Virus record (IMG/VR): IMGVR_UViG_3300038330_000020
Source of the DNA: a virus
Strand: one strand, 5' to 3'
DNA length: 41,749 nt
The position numbers and the translations under genes were made by a program. The notes under the pieces are model-generated. The model was given only the letters and a program-made list of their open reading frames with translations. It was not told where the DNA came from and searched no databases. Shown here one piece after another: positions 26,097 through 34,309 of this stretch; position 1 is the first letter of the stretch; each line of letters begins with the position of its first letter.

Positions 26097-29000
26097 TGCC
26101 AGATTTCACAGTCGCAGACGTTGACGACCTAGCCAATAAGGGCCTTATCACCGGCAAACAGCGGAGCCTATTACGGCAGCACCTTTACCAGCAAGCCAAC
26201 CAGGAAGAAGGCACATTAAGGAAAACAGTTTCGCACCTTAGCCGCGAAGTAACCGAGGGCTGGAAGAAGATCGCCCAGGGCACGCAGGCCACAGCGCAAG
26301 GGGGAAAGGACGCGAAGCTAGCCGATACACTCGGCGCCAATATCGAAGTAGTGGCCGGCGCCCTGCAAATCCTGAGCGCCATACCAGCGACGGGCGGCAA
26401 AGTGGCAGGCGAGGCCGTACAGGATTTCTTGATCAAGCGCGGCGCTAACCAATGGGTTGCCGCGTTTGCCGCTACAATCGCCGACGTAGCCGGTAACGTG
26501 GTTGTGGGTGGGCTTGCCGGTAAAGCAGCTAAGAAGATGAGCAAGGCGGCGACCACGGCAGCGGGCACGGCAACCGCAGCAGCAGCCAAGGAAGCCCCGA
26601 AGGTCACCAGCGAGCAGGTACAAAAAGCAATCGGTAAATGGATTGAGGAAAAACAAAACCCGGCGAACTTGGTTGACGTGATCCGCCCAGGCGGGCAAGA
26701 CATACGGCTACCTGGAAAAGGTGTCATGCAGGGCAAGCGGCCAGCCTTGCCGCCACCGATGAAACAGCTACCCCCGCCGGCAATCAAGCTAGGCCCACCA
26801 CCGGACGTGAAAAAGGCGGGCGAACTGATAGACGAAGCGCTAGAGAGCGGCGAGGCCATCGATTTGATGGCGCTGCAACAGGCCGTACAATCGCCCAACC
26901 CGGTTCAGGCGATAATCAAAGGACTGCACAACAGCGAGCAGGCCAACGGCGCGGTGAAGCAGTTAGATAAAATGAACCCGCAGTTTTTAAGACCGGGAAG
27001 TAAGCCAACCGACCGGGCAGCAGCGTTTGATGCCTTGCCGCCAGATGCCGAAATTACCGTATTTCATGCAACTGATGAAAAATCAGCGGCGGCATTTTTA
27101 GGCGAAGGTATAACAGCGGCAAAGAAGCCGGCACGCCAAGCCGCCGAAGGATTTGGACCAGGGCAAGGACTCGACGCGGGTGTATACGTTGGAACCGATC
27201 CGGTTAGCGTCAGCGGCTACGGTAAAAATATCATCGAAATCAAGGTTAAGAAATCAGACATCACCGTACCGACAGAGGGCGCAAAATTAAATCCGAACCG
27301 CACGCCAGGGCAGGCGTTAGTTGATGGTGACGCAGTAATTAAATCAGACATACCGCAGACAGCAATAAACAAAGTTACCGGCGAAAAGAACCGCACCGCA
27401 CTGGAAGCCGCCACCCCCAAAGTTTTAAAGCTAACCCCAGCCGACACGCTCGATATGAAAAAAGCGATGGAGAAGGAAACCGACCCTTACACGCTTTTCT
27501 CTATGGCGATGGAACAGACCACGCCGCGCGATATTCGGCAGGTTGCCGCCAACCGGCTCAACGATCTTAAAAAGAATGACGTATTTGATTTCCTAAGGAA
27601 TGAGGCGGACCAGGATTTTCTTGAACGTGTCGGGCGATCCGGCATGTTCGACTCCACAACAAAGCAATTCGCCAAGGACGTGAAAGCCAACATGGTCCGC
27701 GGCGGGTTGGATAGCGCGTCAAACGTGGACGCCATGTCACGCGCGCGCATGGCGTTTGCCGAGGGGCAATCGAAGTACGAAGCCAACCGAATCAACATGA
27801 AGGAGCTTCAGGCCGAGGCGGAAAAATCCAAGGCGACGATCAACACAGTGCTCAACCTCAAAGTGGGCGAGCCCAAAACCCCGCTCGAAGTGGCGCAGAT
27901 TTCCAAGCCAGTGCGCGACATGGGCGAGGCGTTTATAAAGAACATCGATGAGGCCGAGGCCGGGTTAGCCCGCGGCGATTATTCAAAGTTTTGGGAGTCG
28001 ATGGCGGATTTCAATCTATTAGTTGAAGCGCATTGGCCCTACATGTCGCCGCGCCAAGTGGCCGGGCAAACGCTCAAGACCTACGACGAGCCGGTGCTGT
28101 CCGCCACGCGATTCTTGCAGCAGATACCGGGCTTTTCATCATGGCTCGGTAAACTAAAACTGAACACCGTCGAAGAAGTCGAAGCCGCGGCGCCGTTGAT
28201 TCTAAGGGAAATGCAGAAGGTGAGAGCGCCTGGCGAAATCAGCCAGTTTGCCAAGCGCATAGCCGAGGAGACCGCAGAGAAGGGCGAGGAAGTTTTAAAA
28301 GACCCGACTTGGCGCGACAAGGCGAGTTTCTATTTTATCAATTCACTGATGAGCGGCACGGACACCATAGGCCGAAACATCGCCGGCAACACCCTTGCCG
28401 TGCCATGGCACTACTTAGAGAAGCAGACTTCTGTGGCCGCTTCCAAGGTTATAAACCCGTTCTTGACCGCGGAGCACAAGCTAGACGCGGGCAATTTCAG
28501 CGACGCCAACGCAGCGATGGGGATTTGGTTCCGCACAATGTGGGACGCGACCCGGTACACCTTGACGCGGAACTTCGACGCCAGGAAAGGGCTAATCCCG
28601 AATGAAAGCGTGATGGGCGAATTGATGGGAAACCGCTTTGACCTTGCCAAATATTCAACCACCGGCACGACCAATCCAATAGGAGGCATAGCAGGGCAAA
28701 TCATAGGGACGCCAGTGTCTATCTCACAAATGGCGGACGAAGTTTCACGCATGTCTGCTTATAAGATGGCCGTCGGCGAACGGTTGCGTCAGGACTGGGT
28801 TGGCACCGGCTCAAAGATGCCATGGCGCCAGTACGTTGACGAAGGATTCGAGAACACCCCGCCGTCCATGCACGAGTACGGCATCAGGATGGCAAACGAA
28901 CTAACTTTTAGCGATCCGATGAGCAAGCTAGGTTCTGCCGTGATGGGGTTTAGGCGCGGCTTGCCGGGAATGGAATTCCTATTGCCTTTCGTCAAGACAG

Positions 29001-30268
29001 TGGACCGCTTGACCGCGTATCAATTTAATCGCACGCCAGGGCTAAACCTGTTGTCAAAACGGTTATTGGACGAATTGAGATCCGATGACCAAGTAATTAA
29101 GGCCGAGGCGATCGGCAGGTTGACCTTATCGGCAGTCATGGGCGCCGGCCTATTTGCCGCAGCCCGCACCAATGCGCCGGACGGCTTGCCGCTCATCACA
29201 GGCGGCGGGCCTACCGATCGCGGATTGATGATGAAGTTACGCGACGCCGACGTATTGAAACCGTACACGATATGGACACCGGCAGGCAGGGTGAATTACG
29301 GTTATTTAGCGCCAATGCGCGGGCCGCTTGGCATGATCGCCGACACTTCGGAAATATTTGACGAGATCAGAAACCCGACGGAAGCCAGCTCAATATGGGA
29401 CGGGATAATCTTGGCGGGCACGCGGAACTTTTTTGACATGACCTACACGAAGCAGTTTGCCGACATGATGGATATTTGGGACAAGCCGAGCGGCTCAAGC
29501 GGCGCGCTTGCCCGCATGGGTGCGAACCTCGTTAAAGGATTTGTTGAGCCGTCTATAGTGCGTCAGATTTACAGAACCCTTGACCCGGCAACCAGGGAAA
29601 CCCACGGCTTTTTAGATTTAATGAAAAAGGATATTTACGGCTGGGGCTTGCCGGCGCGGACCAATCCTTTGACCGGCGAGCCAGTAATGAACCCGCCGCG
29701 CATGTTAGCCGACGTGCCGGGACTCAACTGGTTTTTGCCCACGTCGCCAGTGCAACCGGCTACCGACGACTTTGCGAATGCAGTCAGAGAGCTGGGTTAT
29801 AGACCGCCGGAATTCCCTAAATCGTTTGCCGGCGCTAGGCCGTCGGAGTCGCCCTTTGCTTATTCTGGGCAGTTAGGGGAAGCGAGAGAGGCGCAGTCAG
29901 GGATACCACTCCCCCCAGAGCTTCAAGAGAAGGGCAAGAAGTATGCCTTTGGCGGTGAAGGATTCGGACGCACGCTCAACGACGAGGCGCAGGCGCTTGT
30001 TAGAGATCCAGGCTTTTTGCAGCTTCAACCCATAGACAGGAAAGAGGCGTTCGACGCACTCTATCATGCGCGGTACGGTGCGGCGGTCGATCGGTTGAAA
30101 GCTGAGCATCCAGAACTATTAGAAGCATACGAAGTTAAGATGTTCCAGAGGGGGCAAATTCATTTGCCACCCGAGGACCGCGAAGCTTTTGAAGCCACCG
30201 AGACGGCACAGCCTGACATTGAACCGGAAGTAACCAGCCTATTACCGCAGGAAGAAGCGGCGCCCTAG
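26096..30268 (+). CDS. large internal virion / polyvalent-type protein with ADP-ribosyltransferase-like segment
   Basis: 1390 aa. N-terminal Gly/Ala-rich hydrophobic stretch, a Pro-rich linker, an H-Y-E-like segment (VFHAT...GVYVGT...IIEIKV) and a long helical C-terminal body. Confidence 0.5.
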   Translation: MPDFTVADVDDLANKGLITGKQRSLLRQHLYQQANQEEGTLRKTVSHLSREVTEGWKKIAQGTQATAQGGKDAKLADTLGANIEVVAGALQILSAIPATGGKVAGEAVQDFLIKRGANQWVAAFAATIADVAGNVVVGGLAGKAAKKMSKAATTAAGTATAAAAKEAPKVTSEQVQKAIGKWIEEKQNPANLVDVIRPGGQDIRLPGKGVMQGKRPALPPPMKQLPPPAIKLGPPPDVKKAGELIDEALESGEAIDLMALQQAVQSPNPVQAIIKGLHNSEQANGAVKQLDKMNPQFLRPGSKPTDRAAAFDALPPDAEITVFHATDEKSAAAFLGEGITAAKKPARQAAEGFGPGQGLDAGVYVGTDPVSVSGYGKNIIEIKVKKSDITVPTEGAKLNPNRTPGQALVDGDAVIKSDIPQTAINKVTGEKNRTALEAATPKVLKLTPADTLDMKKAMEKETDPYTLFSMAMEQTTPRDIRQVAANRLNDLKKNDVFDFLRNEADQDFLERVGRSGMFDSTTKQFAKDVKANMVRGGLDSASNVDAMSRARMAFAEGQSKYEANRINMKELQAEAEKSKATINTVLNLKVGEPKTPLEVAQISKPVRDMGEAFIKNIDEAEAGLARGDYSKFWESMADFNLLVEAHWPYMSPRQVAGQTLKTYDEPVLSATRFLQQIPGFSSWLGKLKLNTVEEVEAAAPLILREMQKVRAPGEISQFAKRIAEETAEKGEEVLKDPTWRDKASFYFINSLMSGTDTIGRNIAGNTLAVPWHYLEKQTSVAASKVINPFLTAEHKLDAGNFSDANAAMGIWFRTMWDATRYTLTRNFDARKGLIPNESVMGELMGNRFDLAKYSTTGTTNPIGGIAGQIIGTPVSISQMADEVSRMSAYKMAVGERLRQDWVGTGSKMPWRQYVDEGFENTPPSMHEYGIRMANELTFSDPMSKLGSAVMGFRRGLPGMEFLLPFVKTVDRLTAYQFNRTPGLNLLSKRLLDELRSDDQVIKAEAIGRLTLSAVMGAGLFAAARTNAPDGLPLITGGGPTDRGLMMKLRDADVLKPYTIWTPAGRVNYGYLAPMRGPLGMIADTSEIFDEIRNPTEASSIWDGIILAGTRNFFDMTYTKQFADMMDIWDKPSGSSGALARMGANLVKGFVEPSIVRQIYRTLDPATRETHGFLDLMKKDIYGWGLPARTNPLTGEPVMNPPRMLADVPGLNWFLPTSPVQPATDDFANAVRELGYRPPEFPKSFAGARPSESPFAYSGQLGEAREAQSGIPLPPELQEKGKKYAFGGEGFGRTLNDEAQALVRDPGFLQLQPIDRKEAFDALYHARYGAAVDRLKAEHPELLEAYEVKMFQRGQIHLPPEDREAFEATETAQPDIEPEVTSLLPQEEAAP

Positions 30269-30504
30269 TCAATCCGCCCAGGATATTCCAAACTACCTTT
30301 TAACCGGGATATACGCCGCCTTACTTGGTCAAATGTTTCCTGTTTACCCTCCATGGCCGCGGTGAGCATCTTTACTTCGCTTTGGATTTCCGACTCTAGC
30401 CGACGCAAGCGATCTTTCAAAGAAGAATTTTGCGCTTTCAGGCTTGCGACACCGGCTTGTAGCCCTTGCACAATATCGTCCGGTGTCGGCTTGGTCGTGA
30501 ACAC
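30265..30504 (-). CDS. hypothetical coiled-coil protein
   Basis: 79-aa ORF, last gene of the minus-strand arm. Heptad-like LKAQNSSLKDRLRRLESEIQ. Confidence 0.45.
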   Translation of the reverse strand: MFTTKPTPDDIVQGLQAGVASLKAQNSSLKDRLRRLESEIQSEVKMLTAAMEGKQETFDQVRRRISRLKGSLEYPGRID

Positions 30505-30712
30505 AGGCCGGTCATACGTCTTAATTATGGCGACACGATTACGTCTGATAATGTTTGCCCCGCGGTCAGCAAGTAAATCTTACAGGGGAATAGATAACGT
30601 CTGATAAGATATAGGTCGTTAGTAAAATCAAGTAGTTAGATGTATACACTTCAACTAAAATCTACAACACTCTACAAACTATTTCTTAATGCGCCGATTT
30701 ATGTGAACTTTC

Positions 30713-30991
30713 CTAAATCCACCAAAACGCCATCATAAATTTAGCCACGCACTTCGAGCACAAAAGCCAGCCGGCGACATCACGCAATCTCTGCTTCTTC
30801 AACCGGGCCTTGGTGCGTAACCATTTAGCCGATTCAAATAGATCCGACTTTTCAGCCTCGGCCTCGATAATGATCCGATTAATCTCGCTTCTCACTTCAT
30901 TTAGCCTTGCTGGCGGGACGCGGTTTAATAGGGCTGTCAGGCACCGGCGGAACATCCTCCACGTTTGCTTTTCTTGCTGCATAGTTCCCAT
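30713..30991 (-). CDS. hypothetical protein (start uncertain; a GTG at 30895 would remove the overlap with the repressor gene)
   Basis: Track ORF overlaps 30897..31382 by 95 nt. The in-frame GTG at 30895 lies 1 nt after the repressor stop and would give 60 aa. Confidence 0.35.
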   Translation of the reverse strand: MGTMQQEKQTWRMFRRCLTALLNRVPPARLNEVRSEINRIIIEAEAEKSDLFESAKWLRTKARLKKQRLRDVAGWLLCSKCVAKFMMAFWWI

Positions 30992-31382
30992 ACCTCCTCA
31001 CCGCATCAAAGATTGCTTGTTTAGGACGGGGTTTCTCCTCTTCTAATAATCGCTCTAAACCGGCCACTGTTTCCTCTACAATCTCCGCCACTGTCACAGT
31101 GGGCGGCTCGGTAATGTCCTTGAGATTCTTACGGCCTTTGCCGAAAAGTAGCCACGTCGGGGACAGACGTGCATACCAACAAACCCGCATGATGCTTGTC
31201 GCGCTAGGCCAATTGATCTGCTTTTCATTGCGCCATTGGGAGAGCTGGCGCAGGGAAACCCCCGTTAGTTTGGCGAAATTTTCGAGATTTTTATTATTTT
31301 TTTCATCGCCTATAAGTGCGCTAATTCGTTGAGCAAAGTCCTTTCTCAGCAAGTCTAAATCAAGTTTTTCTTCGGGCGTCAC
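30897..31382 (-). CDS. XRE/cI-type helix-turn-helix transcriptional regulator (repressor candidate)
   Basis: The HTH segment FAKLTGVSLRQLSQWRNEKQ lies in the N-terminal half (about aa 36-55 of 161). The gene is divergent from a Ner/Cro-like gene. No S24 peptidase domain is visible. Confidence 0.7.
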   Translation of the reverse strand: MTPEEKLDLDLLRKDFAQRISALIGDEKNNKNLENFAKLTGVSLRQLSQWRNEKQINWPSATSIMRVCWYARLSPTWLLFGKGRKNLKDITEPPTVTVAEIVEETVAGLERLLEEEKPRPKQAIFDAVRRYGNYAARKANVEDVPPVPDSPIKPRPASKAK

Positions 31383-31393
31383 AAAAATTCCCC

Positions 31394-31458
31394 TTGACTT
31401 TTATTTTACTAAAGCGTAAAACGTAAAACATAAAAGGTAATTTACTAAGTTTAGTAAA
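31394..31458. promoter_or_regulatory. Divergent switch region: candidate rightward promoter plus palindromic operator
   Basis: TTGACT (31394-31399), 17 nt, then TAAAAC (31417-31422). Perfect inverted repeat TTTACTAA-GT-TTAGTAAA at 31441-31458 and an extra half-site TTTACTAAA at 31405-31413. Confidence 0.5.
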
Positions 31459-31472
31459 GAGGACTAAATCAC

Positions 31473-31682
31473 ATGACCAGCCGACAAATCAAGCGAAAAC
31501 TCAAGGACAAGGGGCTAATGCAAAAGGACCTCGTTGGGCTGTTCGATAGTCATCCGACGACAATACATTTTCTCGTCAACAAAAAGCTCCGTAGCGCGAA
31601 GTTGGAAAAGAAGCTCGCTCGGCTTCTCGGCGTTACGCTCCAAGAACTCCGCGGCGAAATTCCCCAGCAGAAAGCGAGCTAA
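31473..31682 (+). CDS. Ner/Cro-like small DNA-binding protein
   Basis: 69 aa. The pattern IKRKLKDKGLMQKDL......T......KLRSAKLEKKLARLLGVTLQEL parallels Mu Ner-family proteins. It is the first gene of the rightward operon. Confidence 0.6.
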   Translation: MTSRQIKRKLKDKGLMQKDLVGLFDSHPTTIHFLVNKKLRSAKLEKKLARLLGVTLQELRGEIPQQKAS

Positions 31683-31687
31683 CCATG

Positions 31688-31849
31688 TCACGGCTTCCAC
31701 TCAAAACACGCGCCGGTGTTATCCAGAATTGCCCGCGTGTATTCGCAGGTGGATTTAGTGGGGAAGGGGCCGAACAGTTTGGGCTCACTCGCTTTACTCC
31801 CCATAAAAAGGAAGTACCAGAAAAAACTTGTGACAATGATTTTTTTCAT
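31688..31849 (-). CDS. possible small secreted protein (53 aa) on the opposite strand
   Basis: Product is MKKIIVTSFFWYFLFMGSKA... with two Cys. It lies in the 198-bp gap between 31682 and 31881. No clear SD. Confidence 0.25.
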   Translation of the reverse strand: MKKIIVTSFFWYFLFMGSKASEPKLFGPFPTKSTCEYTRAILDNTGACFEWKP

Positions 31850-31880
31850 GCGCGCGAACTTAACACCGGGAGAAACTGAA

Positions 31881-32255
31881 ATGAGATACGCCGCGAGAAG
31901 TTTAAAAACACCTGCGAGCACACCGCCAACTACACCGACTGCGCACCCCCTCGCACACCCTGACGGTGTGCAGCCGGCCAGCCTGCTCTCGCATATCGCA
32001 AAGCAGGTAGGCGGGCGGAAGCAGCTTTGTTACTTGCTACGAATCTCGAAAAGCCTACTCGACCAACAAATTGCCGGCGTGAAAGACGATCCGATGATGA
32101 GGTGCAAAAAGATGATGCGCGCCTTGGTTGTCTCGGGCCGGCCTGACTTTGCCTTAGCAGTAGCCGAGGACGTAGCGAGCGAGATAGGCGCGGTGGTGTT
32201 TACCAAAGAGGATTTTTTGAAACTCCGACAGTTAGCAAAGGCGGTGCAGGAATGA
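31881..32255 (+). CDS. hypothetical protein, possible HTH regulator
   Basis: The ATG at 31881 is preceded by GGGAG. The segment GGRKQLCYLLRISKSLLDQQIAG is HTH-like. The track ORF extends upstream to 31716. Confidence 0.4.
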   Translation: MRYAARSLKTPASTPPTTPTAHPLAHPDGVQPASLLSHIAKQVGGRKQLCYLLRISKSLLDQQIAGVKDDPMMRCKKMMRALVVSGRPDFALAVAEDVASEIGAVVFTKEDFLKLRQLAKAVQE

Positions 32256-32413
32256 TGGATAGCCTACTTCTTCGACAACTAATCGAAACGCTCGAAAAGC
32301 TGGTGGATCGAAATCTTACTTTTACCGAGGGCTTGGTAATCAGCGGACTTACTTACAAGGACATTCAACAAGCGCGTGAAGTGCTTGCTCGTGCCAAAGG
32401 GGAAATTAAATGA
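32252..32413 (+). CDS. hypothetical small protein (53 aa)
   Basis: ATGA overlap with the upstream stop, and its own stop overlaps the next ATG. Below the track cutoff. Confidence 0.35.
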   Translation: MMDSLLLRQLIETLEKLVDRNLTFTEGLVISGLTYKDIQQAREVLARAKGEIK

Positions 32414-32514
32414 AATCCCTCGTCACCAAACTACTCAGCAAACTATTCCCGCCGCGCAAACTCTTAACTGCGCATCAGATGGCGATCCTCGACGCCACAA
32501 TAAGGGTGAACTGA
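32410..32514 (+). CDS. hypothetical small protein (34 aa)
   Basis: ATGA-coupled at both ends. Confidence 0.25.
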   Translation: MKSLVTKLLSKLFPPRKLLTAHQMAILDATIRVN

Positions 32515-32837
32515 TGGATCAGCGGGATTTATTCAAAGACAGGCTTGACCGATCCAAGCCGGAATTTAACGGCCCGGCCTATTCATCGCAGCACGACAAG
32601 CAAAGATTGACCGGCCAAATATTGCGGGTTGCCAATCTGATGTTTGACGGACGTTGGCGCACCTTGGCCGAGATCAGCGCAGTCACTGGCGATCCGCAGG
32701 CAAGCATATCGGCGCAACTGCGCCACCTGAGAAAAAAGAAGTTCGGCGAGTACAACGTTGAGAAGCGGGCGCGCGGCGCGAGGGATGCGGGTTTGTGGGA
32801 ATACCGGGTATCCAAACAAGGGAGGGTCGACCAATGA
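32514..32837 (+). CDS. winged-helix DNA-binding protein
   Basis: In-frame ATG at 32514. RWRTLAEISAVTGDPQASISAQLRHLRK...LWEYRV is a typical wHTH layout. Confidence 0.5.
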   Translation: MDQRDLFKDRLDRSKPEFNGPAYSSQHDKQRLTGQILRVANLMFDGRWRTLAEISAVTGDPQASISAQLRHLRKKKFGEYNVEKRARGARDAGLWEYRVSKQGRVDQ

Positions 32838-32995
32838 AATCGTCTCAACATCATGCTCAATGGATTATCGCCGCCGGGCTCGTGTCCGGTTTTATGTGGT
32901 GGCTTGGCTACAACATTGTGACGGCGTTTCACGCGGGCAACGCCGGGTTTATCGACGTGGCGGCGCGCATCGCCAACGCGGTGAGCGGACAATGA
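32834..32995 (+). CDS. small membrane protein (53 aa), ends AVSGQ
   Basis: ATGA-coupled ATG at 32834. TM segment WIIAAGLVSGFMWWLGYNIV. Confidence 0.4.
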   Translation: MKSSQHHAQWIIAAGLVSGFMWWLGYNIVTAFHAGNAGFIDVAARIANAVSGQ

Positions 32996-33012
32996 GCGCG
33001 CAAGGATAAAAA

Positions 33013-33204
33013 ATGAAAATCACCATCGCCGAATTTCTAAGCGCCCTAAACGCGCACAAATTGCTGGATCACGCCTTGCCGTCGCTGAGTTTGGAGAAAA
33101 TCTACTACGAGCAATGGTGTTTCGATGACACCGGCGCGCACTACATCAAGCCGGGCCTCAGAAACGACATGCGAGCGTTGAGCGTCAACAACTGGGGCCG
33201 ATGA
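33013..33204 (+). CDS. hypothetical protein
   Basis: 63-aa track ORF. Confidence 0.4.
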   Translation: MKITIAEFLSALNAHKLLDHALPSLSLEKIYYEQWCFDDTGAHYIKPGLRNDMRALSVNNWGR

Positions 33205-33244
33205 TGGACAAGCAGGTGTAGGCGGTGAGCGGGAGGATGTGAAA

Positions 33245-33583
33245 ATGGAATACGCAAAAACACCGTGGAGCATTGACAAAGAAAGCGGCGAGATTCTCGC
33301 CGCTGATGGGAGGATCGCGGTGTATTTATCCGTAAAGGAGATGGACAATGATTTTGCACTGGCCCAGCTTATCGTTCGCGCCGTCAATCACCAGGACGAT
33401 CTAGTCGCTACACTAAAGAAGGCAGAGCTTACGTACGCCGCATTGGAGCGCAATGCTGATTTAATTGTAGGAGCGCTGCAATCGAAGGGCTATCCGTCGT
33501 CGTGGTTCCTAGTCGAACTGAATAAAGCAAAAGCGGTACGCCTAACAATATCCAAAGTGGTGTCGGCGGTGAGCGGGCAATGA
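33245..33583 (+). CDS. hypothetical protein, ends AVSGQ
   Basis: The ATG at 33245 lies 7 nt after GGGAGGA. The C-terminal codons repeat those of 32834..32995. Confidence 0.45.
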   Translation: MEYAKTPWSIDKESGEILAADGRIAVYLSVKEMDNDFALAQLIVRAVNHQDDLVATLKKAELTYAALERNADLIVGALQSKGYPSSWFLVELNKAKAVRLTISKVVSAVSGQ

Positions 33584-33753
33584 AAGCTTACGATAATCCA
33601 AGCCGGCCACGATACAGGTCGGGCGAGCATATACACCTATGCCCAAAATGCGGCAAGGAAAAATACTGCCCACAGATTAAGCGCTGCAAGCGAGCAGATA
33701 AATCTATCTGTTGGGATTGTCAGGCCGAAGAACAGCAACGAAGATTTTCCTGA
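33580..33753 (+). CDS. small zinc-ribbon protein (57 aa)
   Basis: CPKC...CWDC pairs. ATGA-coupled. Below the track cutoff. Confidence 0.4.
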   Translation: MKAYDNPSRPRYRSGEHIHLCPKCGKEKYCPQIKRCKRADKSICWDCQAEEQQRRFS

Positions 33754-33763
33754 GGTACATACC

Positions 33764-33961
33764 ATGAAAGAAAATAAGTGGGGCACGAAGGCCGATTGCG
33801 AGCAAGAGTTAGACGGCAATGCCGAACGTCAGGCGCATGAGGATGGAACTTGTGGAGGGATGCTGTTTTGCGATTGGTGTCTGGATGATTGGGAGGAAGC
33901 CAACCGGAAAGAATTAGACAAGAGGGGTTACTACGACAGCAAAGGGCGCTGGACGACATGA
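33764..33961 (+). CDS. hypothetical Cys-containing protein
   Basis: 65-aa track ORF. Confidence 0.4.
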   Translation: MKENKWGTKADCEQELDGNAERQAHEDGTCGGMLFCDWCLDDWEEANRKELDKRGYYDSKGRWTT

Positions 33962-34299
33962 AATTCCAAGCCCCGGCAATCCTGACTCGCATCGCGTACT
34001 TGAAAGACGGCGGCTTGTCGCTCGGGTTTTCTACTCAGGAACTAAGCCACGAGGATAAGCTAACCGCATCAAAGTTTTATCAGTCCTTTGGTTACGTTCT
34101 CTTTAAAGAAAATGAATTTAAGGGAGATGAGATTCCCGACGCCGACGCGACCGACGAAAGCAAGTCACCATCACAACGGCTAAGATCTACGCTTTTTGTT
34201 TTCTGGAAATCCAAGCCGGCGCCGAAACCGGATTTCGATACTTTTTATAAAAGGCAAATGGAGAAAATAATTGACCGAGTAAAGGCGTGCTTAGACTGA
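33958..34299 (+). CDS. hypothetical protein
   Basis: ATGA-coupled ATG at 33958, 113 aa, upstream of the SSB-like and nuclease genes. Confidence 0.45.
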   Translation: MKFQAPAILTRIAYLKDGGLSLGFSTQELSHEDKLTASKFYQSFGYVLFKENEFKGDEIPDADATDESKSPSQRLRSTLFVFWKSKPAPKPDFDTFYKRQMEKIIDRVKACLD

Positions 34300-34309
34300 G
34301 GGGGAAATA

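Noticed and set aside
30265-30268. Convergent genes (26096..30268 on + and 30265..30504 on -) share the palindrome CTAG as stop codon on both strands, with no terminator hairpin between them.
   Set aside because: This is a real but trivial consequence of tight packing. No additional structure was found to suggest a function.
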